Shown here: positions 15,778 through 23,820 of the stretch, piece after piece
How the letters are laid out: every line of letters begins with the position of its first letter
Numbering within the stretch: the first letter of the stretch is position 1
Source: Bellilinea caldifistulae
GTDB lineage: Bacteria > Chloroflexota > Anaerolineae > Anaerolineales > Anaerolineaceae
DNA: 32,000 nt
Direction: 5' to 3'
Assembly (NCBI RefSeq): GCF_001306055.1
Contig: NZ_LGHJ01000009.1
Coordinates: 1-32,000 of the forward strand
Notes under the pieces: model-generated
What the model was told of the DNA's origin: nothing
What the model saw: the letters and a program-made list of their open reading frames with translations, nothing else
The model's database searches: none
Translations under genes and position numbers: made by a program

Positions 15778-16522
15778 GGCTCATCACCACCTTCAGGTTT
15801 ATCAATGCCCGCGCGTGGAGTTGACACACGCGCGATTCGGAAATACCCAGCACTTTACCAATTTCCTTGAAATTCAATTCATCGTGGTAATACAGCGAAA
15901 GGACTAACTGCTCACGCTCCGGCAGGGTGCGGATTGCATCTGCCAGTTGTCGGCGGAGTTCTTCATCCAGCGAAAGTTCCTGCGGGTCAATCTGACGTTC
16001 GTCGCCCAACCGATCATGCAGGTCGCTGTCTTCGTTGTCCATTTCGGTCGGCGCATCCAGCGAAAGCAGGAAGCGGTTGGAATCCATCAACCCACGCTGA
16101 ACCGTATCTACGTCTGTTTTGAGGTGTGCCGCAATTTCTTCGTCGGTCGGCTCGCGCTGATTTTTCAGCCACAATTCCTCCACCGCCTTCTGAATGGCAC
16201 GCACCCGCTGACGGGCCGTCCGGCTCATCCAATCCACCGAGCGCAGGTAATCCAGCACCTTGCCGCGGATGCGCACGGCAGCATAAGTGCTGAAGCGTGT
16301 ACCGAATTGCGGATCGTAGCGATCAACTGCCTCGATCAAGCCGAGCAGGCCCTGATGGAGCAGGTCCTCGTACTCGCTGCCCAGCTCAGGGGTGATGCCC
16401 AGACGGCTGAGCAGGTAGCGTACCAACGGCACCGATTGAAGCACCAGCTGCTCGCGGGCTTCGGGGCTGCGAGTAGCCAGATAAACTTCCAGTGCTGCCG
16501 TCGAAATATCCTGCACAGCCAT
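15770..16522 (-). CDS. fliA: flagellar sigma factor sigma-28 (FliA/SigD)
   Basis: The 250-aa product has region 2 (LHQGLLGLIEAVDRYDPQFGTRFSTYAAVRIRGKVLDYLR), region 3, and region 4 (LSLYYHDELNFKEIGKVLGISESRVCQLHARAL). Confidence 0.93.
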   Translation of the reverse strand: MAVQDISTAALEVYLATRSPEAREQLVLQSVPLVRYLLSRLGITPELGSEYEDLLHQGLLGLIEAVDRYDPQFGTRFSTYAAVRIRGKVLDYLRSVDWMSRTARQRVRAIQKAVEELWLKNQREPTDEEIAAHLKTDVDTVQRGLMDSNRFLLSLDAPTEMDNEDSDLHDRLGDERQIDPQELSLDEELRRQLADAIRTLPEREQLVLSLYYHDELNFKEIGKVLGISESRVCQLHARALINLKVVMSHE

Positions 16523-16539
16523 CTAAAATTACTCCTTAA

Positions 16540-16941
16540 TTACTCCTTCACCTCACCGACATTCGGTTGATTCCGTACCTCGCTGCCGGCTCCACTCTGA
16601 AAATCTGACGAATGGGTTGCCTGCTCCTGCCGGACGGTTTGTTCGGCTGTGCGGGCATTGACCAAACCGGCGGACACCTGATAGGTGAGAAACCACAATA
16701 ATGTACCTAACGACACCACCCCGACCACCGCTCGCAGAAAGACCTCCAACAAAGTTGCGCCTGACATGAACGAAACCAGCGCAATCACCAGTGTCACCAG
16801 CAGCAGAATCATGGTGGAAAATGAGAAGAACACCTCGGCAAACAACGGCAGGGTCACATCTGGCTGCGCGTTTTTCTTTTTGGCTGGTGGTTTTTTGGGG
16901 GTTTTTCCCTTTTCGGGTTTGGGTTCTTTGTCCTTCGCCAT
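16540..16941 (-). CDS. hypothetical small membrane protein with Lys/Pro-rich N-terminus, in the position usually held by flhG
   Basis: Its ATG at 16941 overlaps the flhF stop (TGATG). The product begins MAKDKEPKPEKGKTPKKPPAKKKNAQ, followed by two to three hydrophobic helices and a polar tail. The competing frame 16553..16966 is Arg-rich and looks non-coding. Confidence 0.6.
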   Translation of the reverse strand: MAKDKEPKPEKGKTPKKPPAKKKNAQPDVTLPLFAEVFFSFSTMILLLVTLVIALVSFMSGATLLEVFLRAVVGVVSLGTLLWFLTYQVSAGLVNARTAEQTVRQEQATHSSDFQSGAGSEVRNQPNVGEVKE

Positions 16942-18212
16942 CAGTCCTGATTCCATCCTTTCCCAAAGAGTGCTGCGCTCAGGCGCGAGGCTTCGGCAGC
17001 CTGAAATTTACCGGCGGTTTCTTTGCCGTAAGCAAAATAACGTAATGGATAGGGCGTCTGCCGGGCAAAGTTGTAGACACTGCCAAAGGTAAGCGTCTCG
17101 TCCATGCGGGTAAAAATCATTCCATTAAGGCGGAAAACGCCCAGCGCCGCGCTGATCTGCCGGAGGTCGCTCTCGCGGGTCAACGCCGATGCCACCAGCC
17201 AGGTCACCCGTTGAGGAATCTGGCTGAGCAGTTCACCCAGTTCAGCCAGTGGTTCTTCACGGCAGGGATTGAAACCCGCTGTATCCACCAGAAAGACATC
17301 CACCTCTTGCATCTCATCGGCAATGATTTGAATATCCTGGGGTTGGTACACCAGCCTCAGCGGTATGTTGAGTGCATCGGTATAAGCGCGGGCTTCCGCG
17401 ATTGCACCGGTGCGGATGGTGTCTGCACACACCCACACCACCTTTTTGCCGAGGTGCTGACTGTACAGCAATGCCAGTTTGGCGGTCGTGCTGGTTTTAC
17501 CGCTGCCGCTGGCTCCGACCAGAGAAACCCAGCGTCCGGGCAGGCGCAAAGCTCCCGGCGCTGGCAGGCGCAGGTCGGCCGCCAGCACTTCCTGCACATA
17601 ACGCAGGCATAAACTTTCCTCTTTGAGCATGGCAGCACCCAGAGTCTGATTCAGGCGCTGCAACGTTCGCCGCACAAATTCGGCTTCAACCCCCTGGTCC
17701 AGCAGCCGCTGCTGAATGCGCTGCAAACTGACCGGCAGCAGCTGCACCTCCGCTTCCACAGCCGGCGGATGATCGGCCGGCTGATTTTCGGGTTCTTTGA
17801 CCGTTTCCGCAATAACCGCCGGAGCGGCCGGCTTCTGGGCAGCCCGGATTTCTGCCCGGCTGAGATGCGGCGGTGACCAGCGCTGCGGCTGAGAAGATGC
17901 CGTCTTTTCACCCGGCGGAAAAGCCGGCTGCCCGCCCACCCACTCAATTTCGGGCGGTTGTTCTTCAAACTCAATCCCAGCGCCATCGGCGCTGCGCCGC
18001 AGGACGCTCCTGGTCTGGGAGGACTGGGCAGGTTGACTGTTCAACGGCGGAGCGGCTACCACCTCAACACCCTTTTTGCGCCACACATTCCAGACCGGCC
18101 CCATTGGAATTTCACGCGCCGAGAGGACAATCGCATCTGGCCCCAGTTCAGCCTGTATACGCTGGAGAGCCTCCAACATCGTTTCGCACTGATACTTACG
18201 CGTTTCCATCAT
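16941..18212 (-). CDS. flhF: flagellar biosynthesis GTPase FlhF (SRP-type)
   Basis: Has a P-loop (LVGASGSGKTSTTAKLA) and a DTAG motif. The B-domain start is MMETRKYQCETMLEALQRIQAELGPDAIVL. It lies downstream of flhA. Confidence 0.92.
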   Translation of the reverse strand: MMETRKYQCETMLEALQRIQAELGPDAIVLSAREIPMGPVWNVWRKKGVEVVAAPPLNSQPAQSSQTRSVLRRSADGAGIEFEEQPPEIEWVGGQPAFPPGEKTASSQPQRWSPPHLSRAEIRAAQKPAAPAVIAETVKEPENQPADHPPAVEAEVQLLPVSLQRIQQRLLDQGVEAEFVRRTLQRLNQTLGAAMLKEESLCLRYVQEVLAADLRLPAPGALRLPGRWVSLVGASGSGKTSTTAKLALLYSQHLGKKVVWVCADTIRTGAIAEARAYTDALNIPLRLVYQPQDIQIIADEMQEVDVFLVDTAGFNPCREEPLAELGELLSQIPQRVTWLVASALTRESDLRQISAALGVFRLNGMIFTRMDETLTFGSVYNFARQTPYPLRYFAYGKETAGKFQAAEASRLSAALFGKGWNQD

Positions 18213-18228
18213 CGTCTCTCCACCTCAC

Positions 18229-20340
18229 CTAATTTTGACCGTTGCTCAACACGGCGCCTAAATCCAACATTCCGTGCGCCTTGACGCGCGTGCCGGGGCT
18301 GACTTCGGAAAAGGCCAGCACCACCAGATTCGGCAGTGATTGGGCTGCCAGCCGGCGGAACGCCAGCCGCAATTCGCGCGGGCATAACAGAATCGGGTAA
18401 TAACCCAATTGCGCCAGTGCTTCCATTTGTTCGCCGGTTTTCATCAACAGGGTTTGCGCCAGGCCAGCATCCAGCGAAAGCGCCGGGCCGCTGTCGGTAG
18501 AAACCAGGGCGCTACGCAACAGCGATTCGACCTGCGGCGAGAGGGTGAACACATGCAGGGTGTTGTTCTCGTCTCGGTACTGAGCCGAAATGGTGTTTGC
18601 CATCGTCTGGCGCACGGCTTCGGCAAGAATGTTCGGGTCGCGGGTTACACCGGCGTGATTGGCCAGCACCTCCAAAATCCCGCTCAGGTCGCGAATCGGG
18701 ACGCGTTCGCGCAGCAAATTGCGCAGGACACTCTGTACCTCGCCCAGCGTCAACAAATCCGGCACCACGCCCTCCACCGAAGCCGGCGACTTCTGGCGCA
18801 GCTGGTTGATCATTTCCTGCACCAGCTGGCGGCTGAGCAAATCCGGAGCATGGTTGCGCACCGTTTCCGTCAGGTGCGTGCTCAGCACCGAGAGCGGCGA
18901 AACAACCGTGTAACCCTTCAACTCGGCCTGATTCTGCTCGGCCTCGCTGATCCACACCGCCGGCAGGCCAAAAGCCGGTTCAATGGTCTGAACGCCCTGC
19001 AATTCCCCATCTACGCTTGAACCGGGAATCGCAAGCATCCGGTCAATCATCAACTCGCCGCTGGAAACCTCCTGACCGCGAATCTTGATGCGGTAGGCGT
19101 TCGGCGCAAGGCGCAGGTTATCGCGGATGCGCACCACCGGCAACACCAGCCCCAGTTCGGCCATCAACTGGCGGCGAATGCTGGTAATCCGTCGCAGCAG
19201 ATTATCCTGAGCGTCTTCCTCGATCAACGGCACCAGCCCGTAGCCGATTTCCAGCTCAATCGGGTCAACCACCACCATTTCCAGCATCTGCTCCGGCGTC
19301 TCCGGCTCGGTAACAACCGGCGCGGCGGCCGTCATCACCTGAGCGGCCTGTTCTGCCAGGCGGGCCTTGTTGACAAAGTAAGCCCCCACCCCAAACCCAA
19401 CGCTGATCAAGGCGAACGGCAGTTTAGGCAGTCCCGGTACTAGCATCATCAAAGCCACCAGAATGGAACCCACCGCCAGCACGTTGAAATTGGAAATCTG
19501 ACCGAACAGTTCGTTGCCCAGCGAGGACTCGGAAGTGGAACGGGTCACAATCAGACCGGCAGCCGCGGAAACGAGCAAAGCCGGCACCTGAACCGCCAGA
19601 CCGGCGCCAATCGTCAACAGCACGTAGGTTTGCAGGGCATCCGCCAGTGGCAAACCGCGCTGCACCACCCCGATGACAAAGCCGCCGATGATGTTGACCA
19701 GCATGATGATGATGGCGGCAATCGCATCGCCGCGCACAAACTTGCTGGCGCCGTCCATTGCCCCGTAAAAATCGGCCTCAGCCTCGATGGCTTTGCGGCG
19801 CTGACGGGCTTCGCTTTCATCAATCAAACCGGCGTTAAGGTCGGCATCAATCGCCAGTTGCTTGCCGGGCATGGCGTCCAGGGTGAAGCGCGCCGCCACT
19901 TCCGCCACCCGCCCGGCGCCGCTATTGATCACCACAAATTGAATGATCATCAAGATCAGGAAGATGACGAACCCGACCACATAATTGCCGCCGACAATCA
20001 GGTTACCGAAGGTTGCCACAATCGCTCCGGCTTCGCCGTTGAGCAAAATCAGCCGGCTGACCGAGATGTTGATGCCCATCCGCAGCAGCGTAACCAGCAG
20101 CAAAACCGTTGGAAACGCCGAAAATTCCATTGGCTGGCGAATGTACATGGTCAGCAGCATGATACCGATGGAAACTGCAATGCTGAAAGCAATCAACAGG
20201 TCCACCAGCAGCGGCGGCAGCGGTACCAGCATCAAGCCGACGATCACCACCAGCGTAAACGCCATGACAATGTCTTTTGAACGCAGCAAACTCTGCAGGG
20301 ATTGGATCATCGGGTTTGAAGTACGGGTTGCTGTGGTCAT
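18229..20340 (-). CDS. flhA: flagellar type III export protein FlhA
   Basis: The 703-aa product carries the FHIPEP signature RFTLDAMPGKQLAIDADLNAGLIDESEARQRR...FYGAMDGASKFVRGDAIA. Confidence 0.96.
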   Translation of the reverse strand: MTTATRTSNPMIQSLQSLLRSKDIVMAFTLVVIVGLMLVPLPPLLVDLLIAFSIAVSIGIMLLTMYIRQPMEFSAFPTVLLLVTLLRMGINISVSRLILLNGEAGAIVATFGNLIVGGNYVVGFVIFLILMIIQFVVINSGAGRVAEVAARFTLDAMPGKQLAIDADLNAGLIDESEARQRRKAIEAEADFYGAMDGASKFVRGDAIAAIIIMLVNIIGGFVIGVVQRGLPLADALQTYVLLTIGAGLAVQVPALLVSAAAGLIVTRSTSESSLGNELFGQISNFNVLAVGSILVALMMLVPGLPKLPFALISVGFGVGAYFVNKARLAEQAAQVMTAAAPVVTEPETPEQMLEMVVVDPIELEIGYGLVPLIEEDAQDNLLRRITSIRRQLMAELGLVLPVVRIRDNLRLAPNAYRIKIRGQEVSSGELMIDRMLAIPGSSVDGELQGVQTIEPAFGLPAVWISEAEQNQAELKGYTVVSPLSVLSTHLTETVRNHAPDLLSRQLVQEMINQLRQKSPASVEGVVPDLLTLGEVQSVLRNLLRERVPIRDLSGILEVLANHAGVTRDPNILAEAVRQTMANTISAQYRDENNTLHVFTLSPQVESLLRSALVSTDSGPALSLDAGLAQTLLMKTGEQMEALAQLGYYPILLCPRELRLAFRRLAAQSLPNLVVLAFSEVSPGTRVKAHGMLDLGAVLSNGQN

Positions 20341-20350
20341 CTCTTACCTC

Positions 20351-21424
20351 TCATCCTCCCACTCTCTGCGGTTGAGCCGTGCGCCGACCGCGCAGGCGGT
20401 ATACATACGCCAGCACTTCCGCCATAGCCAGATACAGATCCGGCGAAATTTCCTGATCAATCTCAATTGTCTTGTACATGGCCCGCGCCAGCGGGATATT
20501 TTGCACAATCGGAATATTATGTTCACGGGCAATGGCGACAATTCTTTCGGCTACGCGCAAGGCGCCTTTGGCAATCACCCGCGGGGCGTTCATCCCTTCG
20601 TGATACTCAATCGCAATTGCCAGGTGAGTCGGGTTGGTCACCACCACGGTCGCCTTGGGAACTTTGGCCATCATGCGGTTGCGGGCAATCCGCCGCTGTT
20701 GAGCGCGAATCCGGCTCTTCAAGAAGGGATCCCCTTCGGAACGTTTATATTCCTCTTTGAGTTCCTCTTTGGTCATGCGCAGATTGCGCAGCCAATCCCA
20801 GCGCTGGTAGGCGTAATCGGCAACCGCCAGCACCAGATAAACCGCCCCCACGCGCAGCATCAGGTTGACTGCCAGGTCGGCAAACAAACTCAGCGCACTG
20901 CGAAAATCGGTTTGCAGCAAAACGGCCAGGTCTTCAATGTGACCGCGCAGATAACTGTATGCCACCCACCCGACCACGAGTATCTTCAGCAAGGCGCGGA
21001 TGATTTCCACCAACCCACGCAATGAAAAGATGCGCTTGAAGCCGTTGATCGGATTGAGGCGCTTGAAATCAAAGCCGATTTTTTTACTTGTCCACAAAAA
21101 GCGGGTTTGTCCCATCGTCACGGCAATGGCGGTAAACATCAGGGCAACCAGCATCAAACCCAGCGGCGGCAGTACCTGAACGCCAATCGAATAGACCAAT
21201 TGAAGCAGCCATTTTTCCCCGATTTCGACACTGGGGATTTGCACCAGCGATTGGGTAATAAGGGTTGTGAAAGAAGTGTTAATTTCCTTGCCCGGGCCGC
21301 GCAGTAAAAAAGCCGCCGCCAGCAGCAGCACAGCCGTATTCAGTTCCTGGCTGCGCGCCACCTGACCTTCCTTGCGCGCTTCCTCAATTCTTCGCGGGGT
21401 TGGGGCTTCGGTTTTGTTGCTCAT
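20351..21424 (-). CDS. flhB: flagellar type III export switch protein FlhB
   Basis: The N-terminus has KTEAPTPRRIEEARKEGQVARSQEL. The NPTH autocleavage site is present (VVVTNPTHLAIAI). Confidence 0.95.
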   Translation of the reverse strand: MSNKTEAPTPRRIEEARKEGQVARSQELNTAVLLLAAAFLLRGPGKEINTSFTTLITQSLVQIPSVEIGEKWLLQLVYSIGVQVLPPLGLMLVALMFTAIAVTMGQTRFLWTSKKIGFDFKRLNPINGFKRIFSLRGLVEIIRALLKILVVGWVAYSYLRGHIEDLAVLLQTDFRSALSLFADLAVNLMLRVGAVYLVLAVADYAYQRWDWLRNLRMTKEELKEEYKRSEGDPFLKSRIRAQQRRIARNRMMAKVPKATVVVTNPTHLAIAIEYHEGMNAPRVIAKGALRVAERIVAIAREHNIPIVQNIPLARAMYKTIEIDQEISPDLYLAMAEVLAYVYRLRGRRTAQPQRVGG

Positions 21425-21427
21425 CGG

Positions 21428-22189
21428 TCAGTTCCCAATCAACGACAACATGCGCGGAGCAATTTCACGGTACAGGTTGCCGATCAACGGCAGCCCTACC
21501 AGAATGACCATGCCCATTGCAATCAGCGAAACGCCGATTTTAAGCGGCAGGCCGAGAAAATAGACCTGCACCTGCGGCGCAACCCGCGCCAGCAGTCCCA
21601 GCGTCAAATCGGTGAGAAACAGAGCAGCCATCACCGGCAGGGCAAGATGGACGCCCGCCAGAATCAACTGGGCGGTGGTCTGCATGAGAGCATCCATTCG
21701 GTCAAGCGGGAGGGGCGCCATCAGCGGCAGCACATCGAAGGTCTTTTTGACTCCAATCAAAAACAGGTGATGCCCGTCAATCACCAGAAAATAGAGCATC
21801 ACCACCATCATGAAGAATTGATCCAGTGCGGTCGAGCTTTCCGCAATGGCAGGATTGAACAGTCGGCTGGAAGCAAAGCCGCTTCCCAGCCCCATGGCTT
21901 CCCCGGCGATTTGCAGCGCGCCAAAAGTCAGGCGGGCCGCAAACCCGGCCAGCGTTCCGATCAAAATTTCTCGGGCGATCATCACCGCGTAAGCCAGCCC
22001 GTCCATCCACTCGGTCTGCGGTGGAAGAGGCTGCCACGGCAGCAAAACGGCTGCCAGAATCAGGCCCAATCCAATCCGCACCTGTAGGGGAATGGATTGC
22101 CCACCCAAAACCGGCACGGCAATCATCATAGCCAGAATACGGGTCAGGGCAAGGAAATATAACTGAGCCTGCGCCACCGAAACCATCAC
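21428..22189 (-). CDS. fliR: flagellar export gate protein FliR
   Basis: The 253-aa product is polytopic and begins VSVAQAQLYFLALTRILAMMIAVPVLGG. It lies directly upstream of flhB. The start is GTG 22189 or ATG 22186, after GGGAGAG. Confidence 0.9.
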   Translation of the reverse strand: MMVSVAQAQLYFLALTRILAMMIAVPVLGGQSIPLQVRIGLGLILAAVLLPWQPLPPQTEWMDGLAYAVMIAREILIGTLAGFAARLTFGALQIAGEAMGLGSGFASSRLFNPAIAESSTALDQFFMMVVMLYFLVIDGHHLFLIGVKKTFDVLPLMAPLPLDRMDALMQTTAQLILAGVHLALPVMAALFLTDLTLGLLARVAPQVQVYFLGLPLKIGVSLIAMGMVILVGLPLIGNLYREIAPRMLSLIGN

Positions 22190-22239
22190 AATCGTTCTCT
22201 CCCACGGCAGAACTTAGTTTCAGGATAACGGATTTGGGC

Positions 22240-22281
22240 AAAAAATTCCGTAAAGGCGGAGTGAAGCCTGTCTAAATACGG
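22240..22281 (-). terminator. weak imperfect hairpin plus U6 tract in the REC-fliR spacer (possible attenuator or partial terminator)
   Basis: On the minus strand CCGTA...AGGC-ttcactcc-GCCT.TACGG is followed by AATTTTTT. The stems are only 5 + 4 bp with an asymmetric internal loop, so the prediction is weak. Confidence 0.25.
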
Positions 22282-22292
22282 CGTAAAAAATT

Positions 22293-22685
22293 TTATTTTT
22301 GTAAAACAGACGCAATCCGCTTGGTCAGCGCATCGGCATCCAATGGCTTGACAAAGAAATCGGCCACCCCCAACTCTCGCGCACGCAGCACCACTTCGGG
22401 GAAAGCCAGACGAGAAACCACAAATACTCTTGTTTCCCCCAGCGCCCGATCCGCCTGCAATTGTTCTAAAACATCCAGCCCATTGGCGCCGGGCAGGAAC
22501 AGGTCCAGCAGCAAAGCCTGTGGATGATGACGGGCAAGCAGGTCGGGCAAATCGGCTGCTTCCCGCGCCATCACCACTTCAAATCCGGTGCGTTGCAACG
22601 CCAGCCCGGCCAGATCACGCTGCAAGGCATCCGGTATCAGCAAGACAATCCGTTTCGACCGCTGCTCAGTCATCGCACCGCTCAT
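22293..22685 (-). CDS. stand-alone response-regulator receiver domain protein
   Basis: The 130-aa product has a phospho-acceptor context (ALLLDLFLPGANG), VFVVSRL and FFVKPL. The beta1 acidic pair reads IPD rather than DD. Its ATG overlaps the upstream HDOD stop (ATGA at 22682-22685). Confidence 0.85.
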   Translation of the reverse strand: MSGAMTEQRSKRIVLLIPDALQRDLAGLALQRTGFEVVMAREAADLPDLLARHHPQALLLDLFLPGANGLDVLEQLQADRALGETRVFVVSRLAFPEVVLRARELGVADFFVKPLDADALTKRIASVLQK

Positions 22686-23518
22686 GATGCCGAAACCCCT
22701 AACACATCCATAACTCGCTGCTGGAAGCGCTCCAGCCGCACATCGTCCAGCGAGAGAATGGCAAAGGTATCCGGGTGAATCTCATCGCAAAATAAACCCT
22801 GCTGGCTACCCTGCACCTTGATGGTCAGGTAATTGGCCAGGTTGACAATTGCCGGTAAAACCGGATTGGCATGTGCCGCTGATGGATAATGATGAAACGA
22901 GATGGCATCAATCAAGACGGTGGGGAAGCCCCAGCGCTGGGCGATCAAACCGCCGACCCGGGCATGGTCAATCCCAATCAGTTTTTCTTCCACCTGCCAG
23001 AGCGGCTGATTGTACTTCTTCACATACAAAATAATCTGGCTGTAATCGGAAAGCACGTATTGGTCCAGCAGCAGCTTGCCGATATCGTGCAACAATCCGG
23101 CAACATAGGCTTCCTCAGGATCACGGTAAGAAAGCGCCCGGGCTGCCCATTCGGCGGTGACGGCCGTTCCGACCGAATGATTCCACAACTCCCCGGCCCC
23201 CAACCGATACCCGCTCAGCTGGCGGTTCATCGAATCAACCGCCACCGAAGCCAGCAACAACGATTTCAAACGCTTGACACCAATCCGCACCACTGCATCG
23301 TTCAACGAAGAGCAGGAACGTCCGTATCCCAGTACAGCCGAATTGGCCATCTGCAGTACCAGCGCCGCCAATGCCTGATCCAGACCAATATACTCGGCAA
23401 TCATCCCAAGGCTTACCTTGGGATTTTCCAATTCTTTCAGCACGCGGGTGACATTGGAGGGAATTGGACGAAGATGATTGACCGATTGAAGAATGGCCTG
23501 TACACGTTGAGTCAGCAT
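22682..23518 (-). CDS. stand-alone HDOD-domain protein (paralog 2)
   Basis: The 278-aa product has LRPIPSNVTRVLKELENPKVSLGMIAEYIGLDQALAALVLQMANSAVLGYG, then WNHSVGTA, LLHDIGKLLLD, GIDHARVG and FHHYP. A GGAG RBS lies 7 nt upstream, 22 nt after the fliQ stop. Confidence 0.85.
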   Translation of the reverse strand: MLTQRVQAILQSVNHLRPIPSNVTRVLKELENPKVSLGMIAEYIGLDQALAALVLQMANSAVLGYGRSCSSLNDAVVRIGVKRLKSLLLASVAVDSMNRQLSGYRLGAGELWNHSVGTAVTAEWAARALSYRDPEEAYVAGLLHDIGKLLLDQYVLSDYSQIILYVKKYNQPLWQVEEKLIGIDHARVGGLIAQRWGFPTVLIDAISFHHYPSAAHANPVLPAIVNLANYLTIKVQGSQQGLFCDEIHPDTFAILSLDDVRLERFQQRVMDVLGVSAS

Positions 23519-23540
23519 TGGGTCGCTCCGTTGAAAATGG

Positions 23541-23810
23541 TCAGGGTGTCAGACTGGGAAGGGAGTTGAACAACTCGCTCGTGAAGACCAGAATTTGTTG
23601 CAGCATCCACGAACCCAAAACAACCAGGACGACAATAATGCCGATCATCTTGGGGACAAACGAAAGGGTCGGCTCGTTGATCTGGGTAGCCGCCTGCACC
23701 AGACTGATCAGACTGCCCACCAGCAGGCTGACCAGCATGACCGGCCCGGCCAGAATCAGCGCCATGGTGATCGCTTTTTGGGCCAGCGTCATGACAAAGG
23801 CTTCGGTCAT
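23541..23810 (-). CDS. fliQ: flagellar export gate protein FliQ
   Basis: The 89-aa product contains LILAGPVMLVSLLVGSLISLVQAATQINEPTLSFVPK. Confidence 0.93.
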   Translation of the reverse strand: MTEAFVMTLAQKAITMALILAGPVMLVSLLVGSLISLVQAATQINEPTLSFVPKMIGIIVVLVVLGSWMLQQILVFTSELFNSLPSLTP

Positions 23811-23820
23811 GGCATCCTCC

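Noticed and set aside
16553-16966. Alternative 137-aa frame overlapping the small membrane ORF downstream of flhF.
   Set aside because: The product is Arg/Gly-rich and junk-like, and it has no start/stop coupling. The other frame gives TM helices and a TGATG overlap with flhF.
19985-21025. A 346-aa plus-strand ORF spanning the flhA/flhB junction. Similar long ORFs antisense to annotated genes occur at 19630-20280, 27432-28199, 28257-28862, 15947-16570, 7385-7921, 8154-8642, 9402-9920, 11460-12032, 13311-13988, 18409-19020 and 29910-30551.
   Set aside because: All lie entirely opposite genes with unmistakable family signatures. Their products are Arg/His/Gln-rich and low in complexity, they have no RBS, and they cross gene boundaries. 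They are typical shadow ORFs of GC-rich coding DNA.
23078-23085. GCCGATAT (exact Bacillus SigD -10) on the plus strand within the HDOD gene.
   Set aside because: There is no TAAA at -35. The sequence is the antisense of the conserved DIGKL codons, and no plus-strand gene lies downstream.
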